Shown piece by piece: positions 1-12,045 of a stretch of 64,000 nt of DNA. The stretch comes from an uncultured Clostridium sp. (lineage in GTDB: Bacteria > Bacillota > Clostridia > TANB77 > CAG-508), in the NCBI GenBank assembly GCA_947087745.1, contig CAMUDX010000002.1:17151-81150 (forward strand). Direction: 5' to 3'. The notes under the pieces were generated by a model, which saw nothing but the letters and a program-made list of their open reading frames with translations, was not told the origin of the DNA and ran no database searches. Every line of letters begins with the position of its first letter. Position 1 is the first letter of the stretch. The translations under genes were made by a program, and so were the position numbers.

Positions 1-297
1 CTTTAATACATTAGGACATGTTAAATCTACTAATTCTATATTTTTCTTTTTGGCTTGTTCATATATTTCCTTTTTGACTCCATGTGCTCTGATTATTGTC
101 TTTCCATTACTTTCATTTATATCTTCTATAAATCTTAGCCCCTTTTCTTTCAATCTTCCTGTTACATTTTTGTTATGAACTAACTCTCCTAAGCAATATA
201 TCGTTTCACTGTTTTGGCTTATTTCTGTTTCAGCCTTTTCCACTGCATTTTTTACTCCATAACAAAATCCACTCGTTTTTCCTATTTTTATTTCCAT
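1..297 (-). CDS. ispH: 4-hydroxy-3-methylbut-2-enyl diphosphate reductase IspH, N-terminal part; the gene continues past the window edge
   Basis: Reverse-complement translation from the ATG at 295-297 gives MEIKIGKTSGFCYGVKNAVEKAE...AHGVKKE...LTCPNVLK. This matches the IspH N-terminus (GFCxGV, AHGV and TCP motifs). It is absent from the ORF track because it is truncated at the window edge. Confidence 0.65.
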   Translation of the reverse strand, partial: MEIKIGKTSGFCYGVKNAVEKAETEISQNSETIYCLGELVHNKNVTGRLKEKGLRFIEDINESNGKTIIRAHGVKKEIYEQAKKKNIELVDLTCPNVLK

Positions 298-317
298 AAT
301 ATTTTCTTTCCTTAATT

Positions 318-1514
318 CTATTTGTCTAATAAACATTCTATTCCTGGTAGTTTTTTTCCTTCTAAGAATTCTAGTGAAGCTCCACCTCCAGTTGATATAT
401 GTGTCATCTTGCTTGCTAATCCTGCTTTTTCTACTGCTGCCGCTGAGTCTCCTCCACCAATTATTGTTGTTGCTCCTTGTAGTTCTGATAATACTTTTGC
501 TACTGTATTTGTTCCTATGGCAAATTGTTCAAATTCAAATAATCCTACTGGTCCATTCCAAATTACTGTTTTTGCTCCTTTTAATTCTTCTTTGAACATT
601 TCTATTGTTTTCTCTCCAATGTCAAATCCTTCCCATCCATCAGGTATTTCTGTCCATGCTACTGTTTTGCTTTCTGTGTCTGGTTTGAATTCTTTTCCTA
701 CTTTTGTGTCTATTGGTAATATTAATTTTACTCCTTTTTCTTTTGCTTTTTTCATTGCTTCCAATGCTAAATCTATTTTATCTGGCTCACATAATGAATT
801 TCCTACACTATATCCTTGTGCTTTGAAGAATGTATATGCCATTCCTCCTCCTATCATTAATGTGTCTACTTTTTCTATTAAACTGTCTATTACTCCTATT
901 TTATCTGATACCTTTGCTCCTCCTAATATTGCTACAAATGGTCTTTCTGGGTTTGAAATAGTATTCCCTAAAAAGTTTAATTCTTTTTCTATTAAGAATC
1001 CTGATACTGATGGTAAGTATTCTGCTACTCCTGCTGTTGATGCATGTGCTCTGTGTGCTGCTCCAAACGCATCATTTACATATACTTCTGCCATTGATGC
1101 TAATTCTTTTGCAAACCCTGCGTCATTATCTGTTTCTTCTTTATGAAATCTTACATTTTCTAGTAACATTATTTCTCCTACTTTTAAATTTGCAGCTTTG
1201 CTTTTTGCATCTTGTCCTATTACATCTTTTGCTAATATTACTTCTTTTCCTAATAATCTTGATAGCTCTTTTGCTACTGGTGTTAATGAAAATTCTGGCT
1301 TTACTTCTCCTTTTGGTCTTCCTAAATGTGATGCTAATATTATTTTGCAGTCATTTTCTAGTAAATATTTTATTGTTGGTAATGCGGCTACTATTCTTCT
1401 GTTATCTGTGATTACTTTGTTTTCATCCATTGGAACATTGAAATCACATCTTACAAATACTTTCTTTCCTTTTAAATCTATATCTTTTACAGTTTTTTTG
1501 TTCATTTTTAACAT
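318..1514 (-). CDS. pgk: phosphoglycerate kinase
   Basis: 398-aa ORF aligning over its full length to PGK (hinge and nucleotide-binding motifs, GGGASLE at the C-terminus). Confidence 0.95.
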   Translation of the reverse strand: MLKMNKKTVKDIDLKGKKVFVRCDFNVPMDENKVITDNRRIVAALPTIKYLLENDCKIILASHLGRPKGEVKPEFSLTPVAKELSRLLGKEVILAKDVIGQDAKSKAANLKVGEIMLLENVRFHKEETDNDAGFAKELASMAEVYVNDAFGAAHRAHASTAGVAEYLPSVSGFLIEKELNFLGNTISNPERPFVAILGGAKVSDKIGVIDSLIEKVDTLMIGGGMAYTFFKAQGYSVGNSLCEPDKIDLALEAMKKAKEKGVKLILPIDTKVGKEFKPDTESKTVAWTEIPDGWEGFDIGEKTIEMFKEELKGAKTVIWNGPVGLFEFEQFAIGTNTVAKVLSELQGATTIIGGGDSAAAVEKAGLASKMTHISTGGGASLEFLEGKKLPGIECLLDK

Positions 1515-1613
1515 TTCCTTCCCTTTGTAATTAATAAGCAGACTTTAAGTTTCTAAAATATCTTAGTACCTTTTAGTCTGCTTTGGTTAATATTTTTCTT
1601 TATGAAATTTTTA

Positions 1614-2657
<1,044 letters not shown>

Positions 2658-2716
2658 TCACACAATTATCCTATCTTTAATATATATTTGCCATTTTTAG
2701 GCAACTTTATTCTATA

Positions 2717-2745
2717 CCAAAAAAAAACACTTTGCAAGTGTTCTT
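2717..2745 (-). terminator. rho-independent terminator (bidirectional hairpin) downstream of the GH15 gene and upstream of the gap promoter
   Basis: Stem aacactttgcaagtgtt (2726-2742). On the minus strand it is followed by a 9-10 nt T run; the plus strand also has a T-rich tail. Confidence 0.6.
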
Positions 2746-2898
2746 TTACTTTTTTGTAAATTATATTATAAGCATATATATATTTACATTTGTTTCTAAA
2801 TAATATGTATTTTCTAAAAAGTGTTTTTTTCCAAGTGTGCACATTTTTGCGCAATTTTGAAAATCATATATTCTTTTATAAAAAAGAACTTTTTCTCT

Positions 2899-2922
2899 AG
2901 TGAGCGGGAATTCCCGCTCACT
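2899..2922. promoter_or_regulatory. GC-rich perfect 24-bp palindrome (AGTGAGCGGGAA|TTCCCGCTCACT); candidate operator or protein-binding site
   Basis: Perfect dyad symmetry read directly from the sequence, centred on GAATTC. It stands out in an AT-rich intergenic region and has no adjacent T run, so it is not a typical terminator. Confidence 0.4.
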
Positions 2923-3031
2923 GGAAAATTAGCTACTTTTATAAATAATATATTATAATTCTTCACTAGCTACTTTTACAAATAATATATATTATAATTC
3001 TTCGAAATTAACTTTTTCTAAATGCTACTGA

Positions 3032-4951
3032 CTACTTCTTTGTAGAATTTAAAAGTTTTTCTAAAACTAGTATAAACATTGCATGTGACCAACCTAATCC
3101 AATAACCCAGTTTGGCTTTAGTGTAGAATTATCAATTTGCTCACTTAAAAGTCCATGTTTTGACGATGTTTTTATAACAAAATCTAATGTCTCTCTAGCT
3201 TTTTTCTTTTCTCCTTTTTCTAAATAATATAATGACATCCACAGATTAGAAATTACCCAAGGATTCCCATTCATATAATGGTCATTCTCAAATCTTTGAT
3301 ATCCCCCAGTATATGTTCTTATAGTTAAATTAATTCTTTCTATAGTATTTAAAACCTTTTTTTCCTTTGCTGTAAATACTTTAAATGGAACTACTGCTCC
3401 AACCAAGCTTATGTCCATTTTTTTATCTTCTAAATTTCTTATATATGAACACATTTCTTCATTGTACATCTTATCATTGATAAACTTTTTAATTTTCTCT
3501 TGAAGTGTTTCAATTTCTAATGATGATTTTGCAACTTTTTCATCTTTTAATCTATTTCCGCCTTCAAAATCAGAAACTCCTCTTCCTAGTATTTTATAAA
3601 TATTTAAAATTGCTGTGAATGCTGCATATATACTCGCTAGTGAATATAAATGTATCCCTTCATTCATTTCCCATAAATCATAACTTACATGATATTTTCG
3701 TTCATATCCCTCTTTTTCTTCAAATATATCTTTTATATATCTTTTTAAAAAGTCAACCGCTTTTTCGCACATCTGTAAATTTTCTTTTAAGAACTTTTCA
3801 TTTTTTGTTATCTCATAATGGCTATATACACCATACACTACACTTGCTGTTTCATCAATTTGATATCCCCAACATGGTGCTAATCTTCCATCTGTATAAA
3901 AGCGTTGTTCCCACATTCCATTTTTACTTTGTGTCATTTTACAAAAATTCTTATAAAACTTTTCTGTCTCTTTATTCATCCCTAAAATGTCTAGTGCTTT
4001 TGTTATAAATACCGCATCTCTTGGCCAGCAATAGCAATATCCTCCACTTTTGCTTCTTTCTTCATCGACTTCTGGTGCTGCTATCATTCCTCCTGTATTC
4101 TGATTTATTAGTAGAGGAAATAGTAAAATACTTCTTTTATAAATATCTTGCATTTTTTCTTCATATGTATTTTTAGTTTCTTCTAAATTTAATGTATTAT
4201 GCTCTTTAACATATTTTCTCCAATAAGCCTTAACATTTGTATATTCTTTTTGTATATCTATTTTTTTAATTCTTTCTATTTCACTTTCAACTTCACAAAA
4301 TGTCTTAGTATTGTCATTTATTAATATATATATTTCTAGTGTTTTCTTTTCACTTGGCTTAATAGTACCTAAATCAAAACTTATGCTAGAATCGTTTGAC
4401 ATACCTATATAGTCTTTATCCTTTATTATTCCAGATTGTATATTTGACTTTGTATCATTTATCTGATGACTTAATAATTTTGATTTTGAAAACGTTGATA
4501 TAGAAAAACTATGTGCATATTGCAACATACCTCCATCAACTACCTTTGCACTGACAGAATCATTCTCATTAGATAATAATTCAGAATGCACTAGGAAGTT
4601 TAGATTTAAGTCTATGTTACTTTCATTTATTAATAAATATTTTCTTACTATTACATCATCTTTTAGTATTGCAAAATCTGTTTGTAATATTTTTAAATTG
4701 AAATATTTATTTGTTATTTCTGTATTTAATATGTTAGTATCAGTATCATAATATTGTTTATATACATTATTTATATCATCATGTAAGTATATTATGCTTG
4801 AGTCGTTTATTTTTACTCCTGTATGAAAATAATTTAGATATTGTCTGTTATCCCTTGTTGGATAATATAATCGTAACATTTCTCCTTTTCCTGAGAATGT
4901 TGCTAATACATTTTTGTTTCCTATTATTGCTTCATTAAAATACTTTTCCAT
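3032..4951 (-). CDS. glycoside hydrolase family 15 (glucoamylase / glucodextranase-like)
   Basis: 639 aa with CWPRDA and SYDLWEM (GYDLWEE-like) motifs characteristic of the GH15 catalytic (alpha/alpha)6 barrel. Confidence 0.8.
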   Translation of the reverse strand: MEKYFNEAIIGNKNVLATFSGKGEMLRLYYPTRDNRQYLNYFHTGVKINDSSIIYLHDDINNVYKQYYDTDTNILNTEITNKYFNLKILQTDFAILKDDVIVRKYLLINESNIDLNLNFLVHSELLSNENDSVSAKVVDGGMLQYAHSFSISTFSKSKLLSHQINDTKSNIQSGIIKDKDYIGMSNDSSISFDLGTIKPSEKKTLEIYILINDNTKTFCEVESEIERIKKIDIQKEYTNVKAYWRKYVKEHNTLNLEETKNTYEEKMQDIYKRSILLFPLLINQNTGGMIAAPEVDEERSKSGGYCYCWPRDAVFITKALDILGMNKETEKFYKNFCKMTQSKNGMWEQRFYTDGRLAPCWGYQIDETASVVYGVYSHYEITKNEKFLKENLQMCEKAVDFLKRYIKDIFEEKEGYERKYHVSYDLWEMNEGIHLYSLASIYAAFTAILNIYKILGRGVSDFEGGNRLKDEKVAKSSLEIETLQEKIKKFINDKMYNEEMCSYIRNLEDKKMDISLVGAVVPFKVFTAKEKKVLNTIERINLTIRTYTGGYQRFENDHYMNGNPWVISNLWMSLYYLEKGEKKKARETLDFVIKTSSKHGLLSEQIDNSTLKPNWVIGLGWSHAMFILVLEKLLNSTKK

Positions 4952-4955
4952 TTTT

Positions 4956-6596
4956 TCACCCTTCTACTACATTCAAAATTTGTCTTTCTAAGTCTTTCAT
5001 TTTTTCGTTAATTCTAAACATATCTTGTTCTTTTAATCCCGTGTCTAAAATATCTTGCTTAACATATTCTTCCATCTCTTGTATTTCTTTTTTTATTAAG
5101 TTTAGTCTCTCCATTACTTCTCTTCTTAGAGTTCCTGATATTCTTCTTTCAATTTTATCTGTCATTGTTATTTGATTATTTAATTCATATGTCTCTCCAT
5201 ATTCTGGTATTGTTACATCTATTCCTATATCTTCTTGTATTTTTTCTTTTAATACTTCTTGTGATTCTTTCTCTCCATGTACTAAAAATATGTGTTTTGG
5301 TCTTTCTCTAAATGAATATATAAAATTCATTAGTCCTTCTTGATCTGCATGTCCTGAATATCCTTCGATGTATTCAATTCTTGCATTTACTGAAATTTCT
5401 TCTCCAAATATTTTAACAGTTTCTGCTCCATTTACTATATTATATCCTAATGTACCTACTCCTTGATATCCTACAAATAGTATTGTATTATTTGGATTCC
5501 ATATATTATGTTTTAAATGATGTTTTATTCTTCCTACTTCACACATTCCACTTGCTGATATTATTATTGCTGGACTTTGGTCTTGGTTTAAAGCCATTGA
5601 TTCTTCAGCTGTTTGTGTAAATTTAAGTCCTGGAAATTCCAGTGGATTATCTCCTCTTTCCATTCTTTCTTGTGTCTCTTCATCAAATAATTCCATATTC
5701 TGTTTAAAAACCTCTGTTGCTGATATTGCTAATGGACTATCTACATATACTGGTACTTTCATTAATGTTTCATATTCTCTTAAGAATTTTTCATCTGTTG
5801 TATTTTCTTTTATTTTATTTAGTTCATATAATATTTCTTGTGTTCTTCCTACCGCAAATGATGGTATTATTACCTTTCCTCCATTATCAATTGTTTCTGA
5901 TACTATATCCAGAAATACCTCTGCTTTTTGGTCATTTTTATTATGCAGTCTACTTCCATATGTCGATTCCATTATTAAGTAATCTGCATCTTCAATCATT
6001 GTTGGCTCTCCTAATAATGGTATATCATTGTTTCCTAAATCTCCTGTAAATACAGCTTTCGTTTCTTTCCCATCTTCTTTTGTCCATATTTCTACTACAC
6101 TTGAGCCTAACATGTGACCTGCATCATTAAACCTAATATGAATATTAGGGTCTACTTCTATAATTTCATCATAATTTACAGATTTAAATATTTCTAAGCT
6201 GTCTATTGCTTCTTGCGCTGTATATAATGGATTTAGTTCTTTTTCTCCTTTTCTTACTCTCTTTTTATTTTTCCATACTGATTCCATCTCTTGTATATGA
6301 CCACTATCTGGTAACATTAGCCCACATAAATCATATGTTGCTTTGTGTGCATATATTGGACCTTTAAATCCATCTTTATATAATTTTGGTATTCTTCCTG
6401 AATGGTCTATATGTGCATGTGTTAATATCATAAAATCTATTTCTGCTGGGTTGTATTCAAACCCTTGATAGTTTTGTTCCTCTATTGTTCCTTTCCCTTG
6501 ATACATTCCACAGTCTACTAGAAATTTTTTACCTGATGCTTCAACTAAAAAGTTTGAACCTGTTACGGTCTTTGTAGCTCCTAAAAATGTTATCTT
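4956..6596 (-). CDS. MBL-fold metallo-hydrolase of the beta-CASP family (RNase J / CPSF-like RNA-processing nuclease)
   Basis: HAHIDHSG (HxHxDH) motif with beta-CASP region and a C-terminal coiled coil. The likely true start is MKITFLGA at 6596, with a strong RBS GATAAGGAGGAAATTA-ATG; the ORF track extends to 6650. Confidence 0.8.
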   Translation of the reverse strand, partial: KITFLGATKTVTGSNFLVEASGKKFLVDCGMYQGKGTIEEQNYQGFEYNPAEIDFMILTHAHIDHSGRIPKLYKDGFKGPIYAHKATYDLCGLMLPDSGHIQEMESVWKNKKRVRKGEKELNPLYTAQEAIDSLEIFKSVNYDEIIEVDPNIHIRFNDAGHMLGSSVVEIWTKEDGKETKAVFTGDLGNNDIPLLGEPTMIEDADYLIMESTYGSRLHNKNDQKAEVFLDIVSETIDNGGKVIIPSFAVGRTQEILYELNKIKENTTDEKFLREYETLMKVPVYVDSPLAISATEVFKQNMELFDEETQERMERGDNPLEFPGLKFTQTAEESMALNQDQSPAIIISASGMCEVGRIKHHLKHNIWNPNNTILFVGYQGVGTLGYNIVNGAETVKIFGEEISVNARIEYIEGYSGHADQEGLMNFIYSFRERPKHIFLVHGEKESQEVLKEKIQEDIGIDVTIPEYGETYELNNQITMTDKIERRISGTLRREVMERLNLIKKEIQEMEEYVKQDILDTGLKEQDMFRINEKMKDLERQILNVVEG

Positions 6597-8097
6597 CATT
6601 AATTTCCTCCTTATCAATTTCAAATTTTTCATCATATTGTTCATTTCCATTTTCTGAAAACTCTATTATTATCTTATTATTATCTTCTTTTACTTGTATA
6701 TATATTTCCTCTAAATTTATTATTTTTGTTATGAATATATAATGGAAAATAGTGCTTTCTATAATTTCATTTATTACTTTATTTTTAGTCGCCTTCCCTA
6801 GAATCTTTTCTTCTACTTCTTTAATTCTATTTTTTAATTCTGTACTCTCATATATATTCATATTTTCATTAAATGGTAACATTTGATAATATCTAAAATC
6901 ATATATTAGATTTACCATTTCTTCTTTGGTTTCTGCTTTTTCTATTTTTATCAAAAATGCTTCTAAAAAAATTTCTTGAAATTGTACTAGAGTCTTTTCT
7001 ATATCTTTATTTTCTAACAATTCATATTTTTTCTCTTCTTCTTCTTTTTTTTCTATAAATTTGTTAGGTTTTAATAAATCTGTTTTTTCTTCATATTCTT
7101 TTTTTAAATATTCCTTTTCATCATTTAATATTTGAACTAAAGCTTTTATACTAAATATCCTTTGTTCTAATGGTAATATTTCATTTCTGATTTTAAACTC
7201 ATTTTCTATCTTTACTTTGTCTGCCAATATAGTGTCTAGTTCTCTCATTTTGCTTTTTATCCTTTTTGTTTCATTTGTTATATCTTCTACATATGTTCTT
7301 TTGTCTTCAATCTTTTCTAAATTTGTTTTTACTTCTTCAATTCTGTCTTTGATTTTTTGTCTCATTTCTGGATTAGTTTTTCTTTCAATAAGCACGCATA
7401 ACTCTTCTAATTTGTATATAAGCTTGTCTTTTATTTCTGTTGTATATTTTTCTTCTAATTCATTTTTTAAAAGTTCATAGTAATTTATAATATATTGTTT
7501 ATTTTCTATCCATTTTAATAGAAAGTCATTTCCTATTAAAATCCTTAGATTTTGATATATTAAATTATATGATAAATTCTCTATTTCTTTTTTTGTTATT
7601 AACCAAGACCATCCATTAAAATCTCGTAATGGCTCTACCATATTTATACTATTGCCTTCATTTATTGCATTTGTGATTATATCATTTATTAGTTGGTCTT
7701 TTTCTTTTACTATTTGATTTTGTTTACTAATTTTTGAAATTGCATACAATAATTCTCTTTCTATAGGTGAACATACTATTTTTTTGTTTTCTTTGTCTAT
7801 TATAAATATTGCCTTTTTAGTTTTTCCTTTCTCTCGTGAGCTTGGTGTTATTAATTCGATTTCTTCAATTTCTTTTTCTATTGTCTCTATTATTTTTGTT
7901 ATATATTCTTCTTTTGTTTCTGTATCTCTTTTTACTTTTTCATAGTCCTTGTATGATATTTCTATTTTATATAATATTTCTAGGAGAATATTTTTTACAT
8001 TTTCTTCAAATTTCTTAGTTTCTAATATTTCTTCTAACTCATTATCATAGTCTTTTTTTACTATTTTTTCTAAAAAATTTTCTTTTTTCTTTTGCAA
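6541..8097 (-). CDS. hypothetical coiled-coil protein (518 aa, K/E-rich)
   Basis: Long ORF starting at TTG with an AGGAGA RBS. No recognisable catalytic motif. Its 3' end overlaps the downstream MBL gene by ~56 nt. Confidence 0.55.
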   Translation of the reverse strand: MQKKKENFLEKIVKKDYDNELEEILETKKFEENVKNILLEILYKIEISYKDYEKVKRDTETKEEYITKIIETIEKEIEEIELITPSSREKGKTKKAIFIIDKENKKIVCSPIERELLYAISKISKQNQIVKEKDQLINDIITNAINEGNSINMVEPLRDFNGWSWLITKKEIENLSYNLIYQNLRILIGNDFLLKWIENKQYIINYYELLKNELEEKYTTEIKDKLIYKLEELCVLIERKTNPEMRQKIKDRIEEVKTNLEKIEDKRTYVEDITNETKRIKSKMRELDTILADKVKIENEFKIRNEILPLEQRIFSIKALVQILNDEKEYLKKEYEEKTDLLKPNKFIEKKEEEEKKYELLENKDIEKTLVQFQEIFLEAFLIKIEKAETKEEMVNLIYDFRYYQMLPFNENMNIYESTELKNRIKEVEEKILGKATKNKVINEIIESTIFHYIFITKIINLEEIYIQVKEDNNKIIIEFSENGNEQYDEKFEIDKEEINEDNIFRSYKDRNRFKLFS

Positions 8098-8111
8098 TGT
8101 TTTCTCCTTTC

Positions 8112-8180
8112 AAAAAAATGTGTCATGGGGACGTGCTTTTTGACACAAAAGTGTGTCAAAAAGCACGTCCCCGTGACACA
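8112..8180 (-). terminator. rho-independent terminator of ftsK, with an unusually long 29-bp stem
   Basis: Arms 8119-8147 and 8152-8180 are inverted repeats (29 bp, one G.U position, loop aaag). On the minus strand the stem is followed by TTTTTTT, then the RBS of the next gene. The stem abuts the ftsK stop codon. Confidence 0.75.
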
Positions 8181-10634
8181 CTATTCCTCTGGTACTTCTT
8201 CTGGTGCTGGTCCCATTCGTAGCTCTTGTAATCTTTCTAACGTCATTAATACTTGTCTTGGTTTGCTTCCTTGATATCCTGATATTACTCCTCTTTCTTC
8301 CATCTGGTCTATTATTCTTCCTGCTCTAGCATATCCCACTTTGAATTTTCTTTGTATGTATGATGTTGATGCTTGTCCTGATTGTACAACCTCGTCTATA
8401 GCTTCCATTAGTAATGGGTCTGTCTCATCATCATTATCTTTTTCTTCTGCCATTTCTTTATCTGTCTTATTACTATTTTCAATTGTCTCAATAATATCTT
8501 GACTATATGTAGCCTCTCCATTTGATTTTACAAAGTCTACAATTTTTTCTACCTCGCTATCTGATACAAATGCTCCCTGTACTCTTGTAGGTTTTGGTGT
8601 TCCTGATGGATAAAATAGCATATCTCCTTTTCCTAATAGCTTTTCTGCTCCTACTGTATCTAATATTGTTCTTGAGTCTATTTGTGATGATACTGCAAAT
8701 GCTATTCTTGATGGTACATTTGCTTTTATTATTCCTGTTATTACATCTACTGATGGTCTTTGTGTTGCTATTACTAAGTGCATTCCAGCAGCTCTTGCCT
8801 TTTGTGCTAATCTACATATTGCATCTTCTACATCTTTTGATGCTACCATCATTAAGTCTGCTAACTCATCTATTATTATTACTATTTGTGGTAATTTTCC
8901 TGCTTTTTGTTCTTCATCGCCATTGTCTTCTTTTTCTATTGCTTGATTATATCCCTTTAGGTCACGTACTCCTTTTGACGCAAATTCTGCATATCTGTTT
9001 TCCATTTCTTGTACAGCCCATGCCAATGCTCCTGCTGCTTTTTTAGGGTCTGTTACTACTGGTATTAATAAATGTGGTATTCCATTATATACTGATAATT
9101 CTACTATTTTAGGGTCTATCATTAATAGTTTTACTTCACTTGGTTTACTATTATATATTATACTTGTTATTATTGTATTTATACATACACTCTTTCCTGA
9201 TCCTGTTGAACCTGCTATCAATGCATGTGGCATCTTTGCTATGTCTGCTACTACTGCCTTTCCTCCTACATCTTTTCCTAATGCTACACTTAATTTTGAT
9301 TTATTATCTTGGAATTCATCACTTTCTAATACTTCTCTTAAATGTACTACTTCTTTTTCTGCATTTGGTACTTCTATTCCTACTGCTTGTTTTCCTGGTA
9401 TTGGTGCTTCAATCCTTATTGTTTCTGCTGCTAAATTTAATGCGATATCATCAGCTAAATTTGCTATTTTGTTTACTCTTACTCCCTCTGCTGGTTTTAA
9501 TTCATATCTTGTAATTGCTGGTCCGACAGATACATTTTCTACTTTTGCTGATACTCCAAAACTATATAATGTCTTTTGTAATTTTGTTGCTATATCTGCT
9601 AATGCTCTCGCTCCTCCTTTTAGTGTTCTCTTTTCTCCTATACTTAATATTTCCAATGGTGGATATTCATAATTCTCATCTTCTACAACTAAAGCATGCT
9701 CTAATTGTAATACTTGTTTTGTTTTATCTTCTTTTACTTGTTCTTCTTGTTTAAATAAATTATTTTCTATATAATCTGGTTGAACTGCTTCTATTTCTTT
9801 ATTAATACTTGATTTTTTATTTTCTTTTTCCATTGCAAGTGGTACAATGTCTTCTTTGTTATGTTGATATTTTCCAGCTTTTACAGGATTGTCTTCTATT
9901 AGTCTACCATTTAGATTGATTTGTATTTGTTCATCATCTATTATGTCCAAATCACTAGATATTACTGCTGTTCCTGCCTTTTTCTTCTTTCTATCTTTTG
10001 TTGGTGCTATTTGTATATATTCTTCTTTTGCATATTCTTCTCTTCTTTGTCTACGTCTTTCTGCTTCTTCTTGTTTTCTTTCTATTAATGTTTCAACTAA
10101 ATTGTTTATTATATTTGATATGTCTATTCCAAATGTAACTACAAATAGTATTATCGCAACTCCTATACTTAATATAACTGAGCCTACTTTTCCTAGCATT
10201 TTTACTAATGGTACTGCAGCTAGTGTTCCTATTGCTCCTCCTCCCATTGAGTTGACTGCTCCATTATTATATGCTATTTTCATTATTTCTGATATATCTT
10301 TATTTATATCTATTCTTCCATTTAAAATTTCAAATATACTTGCTACTACTGCTACAAAAAATACTAATATACTATATTGGAATAGTTTTGTTGATAAATA
10401 TTTATTTTTCTTACATGCCATATTTATCCCTAGTAATAATGTTCCTAATGGAAATATATATTTTAGACCTCCCATCATGCCACCTAAAAACTTGCTTAAT
10501 CCTAATCCAATATATCCTGATTCTGTATATACTAATACTACTAAAAGGACACTTAGTATAATCGTGCCCACAACTGTTATATTTAACATATTATTATTGC
10601 TTTTCTTTTTACTACTTTTCCTCTTTTTTGCCAT
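8181..10634 (-). CDS. ftsK: DNA translocase FtsK/SpoIIIE
   Basis: N-terminal TM segments, central linker, and a C-terminal motor with GSTGSGKS Walker A, DE Walker B and a gamma domain. The likely start is MAKKRK. Confidence 0.9.
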   Translation of the reverse strand: MAKKRKSSKKKSNNNMLNITVVGTIILSVLLVVLVYTESGYIGLGLSKFLGGMMGGLKYIFPLGTLLLGINMACKKNKYLSTKLFQYSILVFFVAVVASIFEILNGRIDINKDISEIMKIAYNNGAVNSMGGGAIGTLAAVPLVKMLGKVGSVILSIGVAIILFVVTFGIDISNIINNLVETLIERKQEEAERRRQRREEYAKEEYIQIAPTKDRKKKKAGTAVISSDLDIIDDEQIQINLNGRLIEDNPVKAGKYQHNKEDIVPLAMEKENKKSSINKEIEAVQPDYIENNLFKQEEQVKEDKTKQVLQLEHALVVEDENYEYPPLEILSIGEKRTLKGGARALADIATKLQKTLYSFGVSAKVENVSVGPAITRYELKPAEGVRVNKIANLADDIALNLAAETIRIEAPIPGKQAVGIEVPNAEKEVVHLREVLESDEFQDNKSKLSVALGKDVGGKAVVADIAKMPHALIAGSTGSGKSVCINTIITSIIYNSKPSEVKLLMIDPKIVELSVYNGIPHLLIPVVTDPKKAAGALAWAVQEMENRYAEFASKGVRDLKGYNQAIEKEDNGDEEQKAGKLPQIVIIIDELADLMMVASKDVEDAICRLAQKARAAGMHLVIATQRPSVDVITGIIKANVPSRIAFAVSSQIDSRTILDTVGAEKLLGKGDMLFYPSGTPKPTRVQGAFVSDSEVEKIVDFVKSNGEATYSQDIIETIENSNKTDKEMAEEKDNDDETDPLLMEAIDEVVQSGQASTSYIQRKFKVGYARAGRIIDQMEERGVISGYQGSKPRQVLMTLERLQELRMGPAPEEVPEE

Positions 10635-10646
10635 TTTTAACATCCC

Positions 10647-11150
10647 CTAATTTAATTCTTTTCTGCTGTTTTGTATCGTCTTAAGGGTATCTTCTAATGA
10701 TATTTGCATCATATTTAGTGCTTCTGTCATATTCTTTTGAAGATTTTCTAATGTTGTTGTTAATACTGCTTCTGTTGACGATAATAAATTATCAGCATAT
10801 TCTTTTGTTCCTTGTGATATTTCTCTTGACATTTCGTTTGCAGATTCTATTATCTCATTTTTTTGGTTGTATGCTTTTCTTGTTATTTCATGTTCATCAA
10901 TCATTGCTATTATTCTATTTTCTGCCTCTTTTACTATACCATCTGCTTCTTTTTGTGCCTCTACTAATATTCTTTGTCTTTCTTCTTTTATCCATTTTGC
11001 CTGCTTCAATTCATCTGGAAGCTGTATTCTTATTTCTTTGATTATATCGAGCAATTCATCTCTATCAACTAATCCCTTACTTGTGAAAGGAACACTTTTG
11101 CTCTTTTCTATTATCTCCTCTAAATTTTCTAATAAAGTAAATATTTCCAT
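10647..11150 (-). CDS. hypothetical coiled-coil protein (167 aa)
   Basis: ORF with E/K-rich helical sequence. No confident family assignment. Confidence 0.45.
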   Translation of the reverse strand: MEIFTLLENLEEIIEKSKSVPFTSKGLVDRDELLDIIKEIRIQLPDELKQAKWIKEERQRILVEAQKEADGIVKEAENRIIAMIDEHEITRKAYNQKNEIIESANEMSREISQGTKEYADNLLSSTEAVLTTTLENLQKNMTEALNMMQISLEDTLKTIQNSRKELN

Positions 11151-11252
11151 TTTTAGTTATGTTAGTATCTATTACTAACATATCCTCCTTTCTCTGCAAG
11201 CTATAACTTACACTTGCTACTGCTAAACCTTTGATTTGTATGAATTGCTGTT

Positions 11253-11804
11253 TTATTTCTGAATTTTTAAAAATATTATATTTGCTATTCCATATTTTCT
11301 TTTATCTATTATTTTAAATTTTAAATGTTCTATTTGTTTTAATATTCTTTCTTCATTATCTGTTTCTAATATTATCTTTGTTTCTTCTTTTATTATGTTA
11401 GATTTTTCTAAAATTTCTAATGTTTTTAATATATAATCTGTTTGATATGGTGGGTCTATGTATACAACATCTATTTTATCTTTTATGCTTTTTAGACATT
11501 TTTCAAAATCCGTATTTATTATTTCTGCCTTTTCTTTGAAGTGAGTTTTTTCTACATTCAATTTTATTATCTCTATTGCTTGTTTTGATTTGTCACATAG
11601 TATTGCCTTTTTTGCTCCTCTGCTTAGTGCTTCTAATCCTATTGCTCCACTTCCTGAAAACAAGTCTACAAATATTGTGTCCTCTATTTCATTTTGTATT
11701 ATATTAAATATTGATTCTTTTACTCTATCTAATGTTGGTCTTGTTTGTTCTCCTGGCAATGTGTTTAGCTTTGTCCCTCTTGCTTTTCCACTAATTATCC
11801 TCAT
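11253..11804 (-). CDS. rsmD: 16S rRNA (guanine966-N2)-methyltransferase RsmD
   Basis: MRIISGKARGTKL N-terminus, SAM-binding DLFSGSGAIGLEA motif and DPPY motif. Confidence 0.85.
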   Translation of the reverse strand: MRIISGKARGTKLNTLPGEQTRPTLDRVKESIFNIIQNEIEDTIFVDLFSGSGAIGLEALSRGAKKAILCDKSKQAIEIIKLNVEKTHFKEKAEIINTDFEKCLKSIKDKIDVVYIDPPYQTDYILKTLEILEKSNIIKEETKIILETDNEERILKQIEHLKFKIIDKRKYGIANIIFLKIQK

Positions 11805-11965
11805 TAACTTTCTTTCCCATTTTTGTTATTTTTTTACACTATAATTTTATTCTTTTTTCTAATATTGTCAATAGTATTAACAGAATTGTAATAAACATTT
11901 AATACTTTTGTAATATTGAAAAAATGTAATTGTTGTAGTAATAAGAAACTTAACCTTTTTGTATA

Positions 11966-12000
11966 TAAAAAAAGACTACTAAGTAGCCTTTTATTCTAGA
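11966..12000 (-). terminator. rho-independent terminator downstream of divIVA
   Basis: aaaggctact-t-agtagtcttt hairpin followed by a T run on the minus strand, just 3' of the divIVA stop. Confidence 0.5.
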
Positions 12001-12045
12001 TTTTGATGCAAACATGTCGCATTTTATCTTTTGTACTATTTATTT

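Noticed and set aside
2666-2854. 62-aa ORF in the gap upstream region.
   Set aside because: It lies within an AT-rich intergenic region containing the terminator and promoter elements. It has a K/Y/I-rich low-complexity translation and no RBS.
6541-6650. A 110-nt overlap between the hypothetical 518-aa gene and the MBL gene as a sign of frameshift or fusion.
   Set aside because: The MBL gene most likely starts at the internal MKITFLGA with a perfect RBS. That leaves an ordinary ~56-nt out-of-frame overlap. There is no evidence of disruption.
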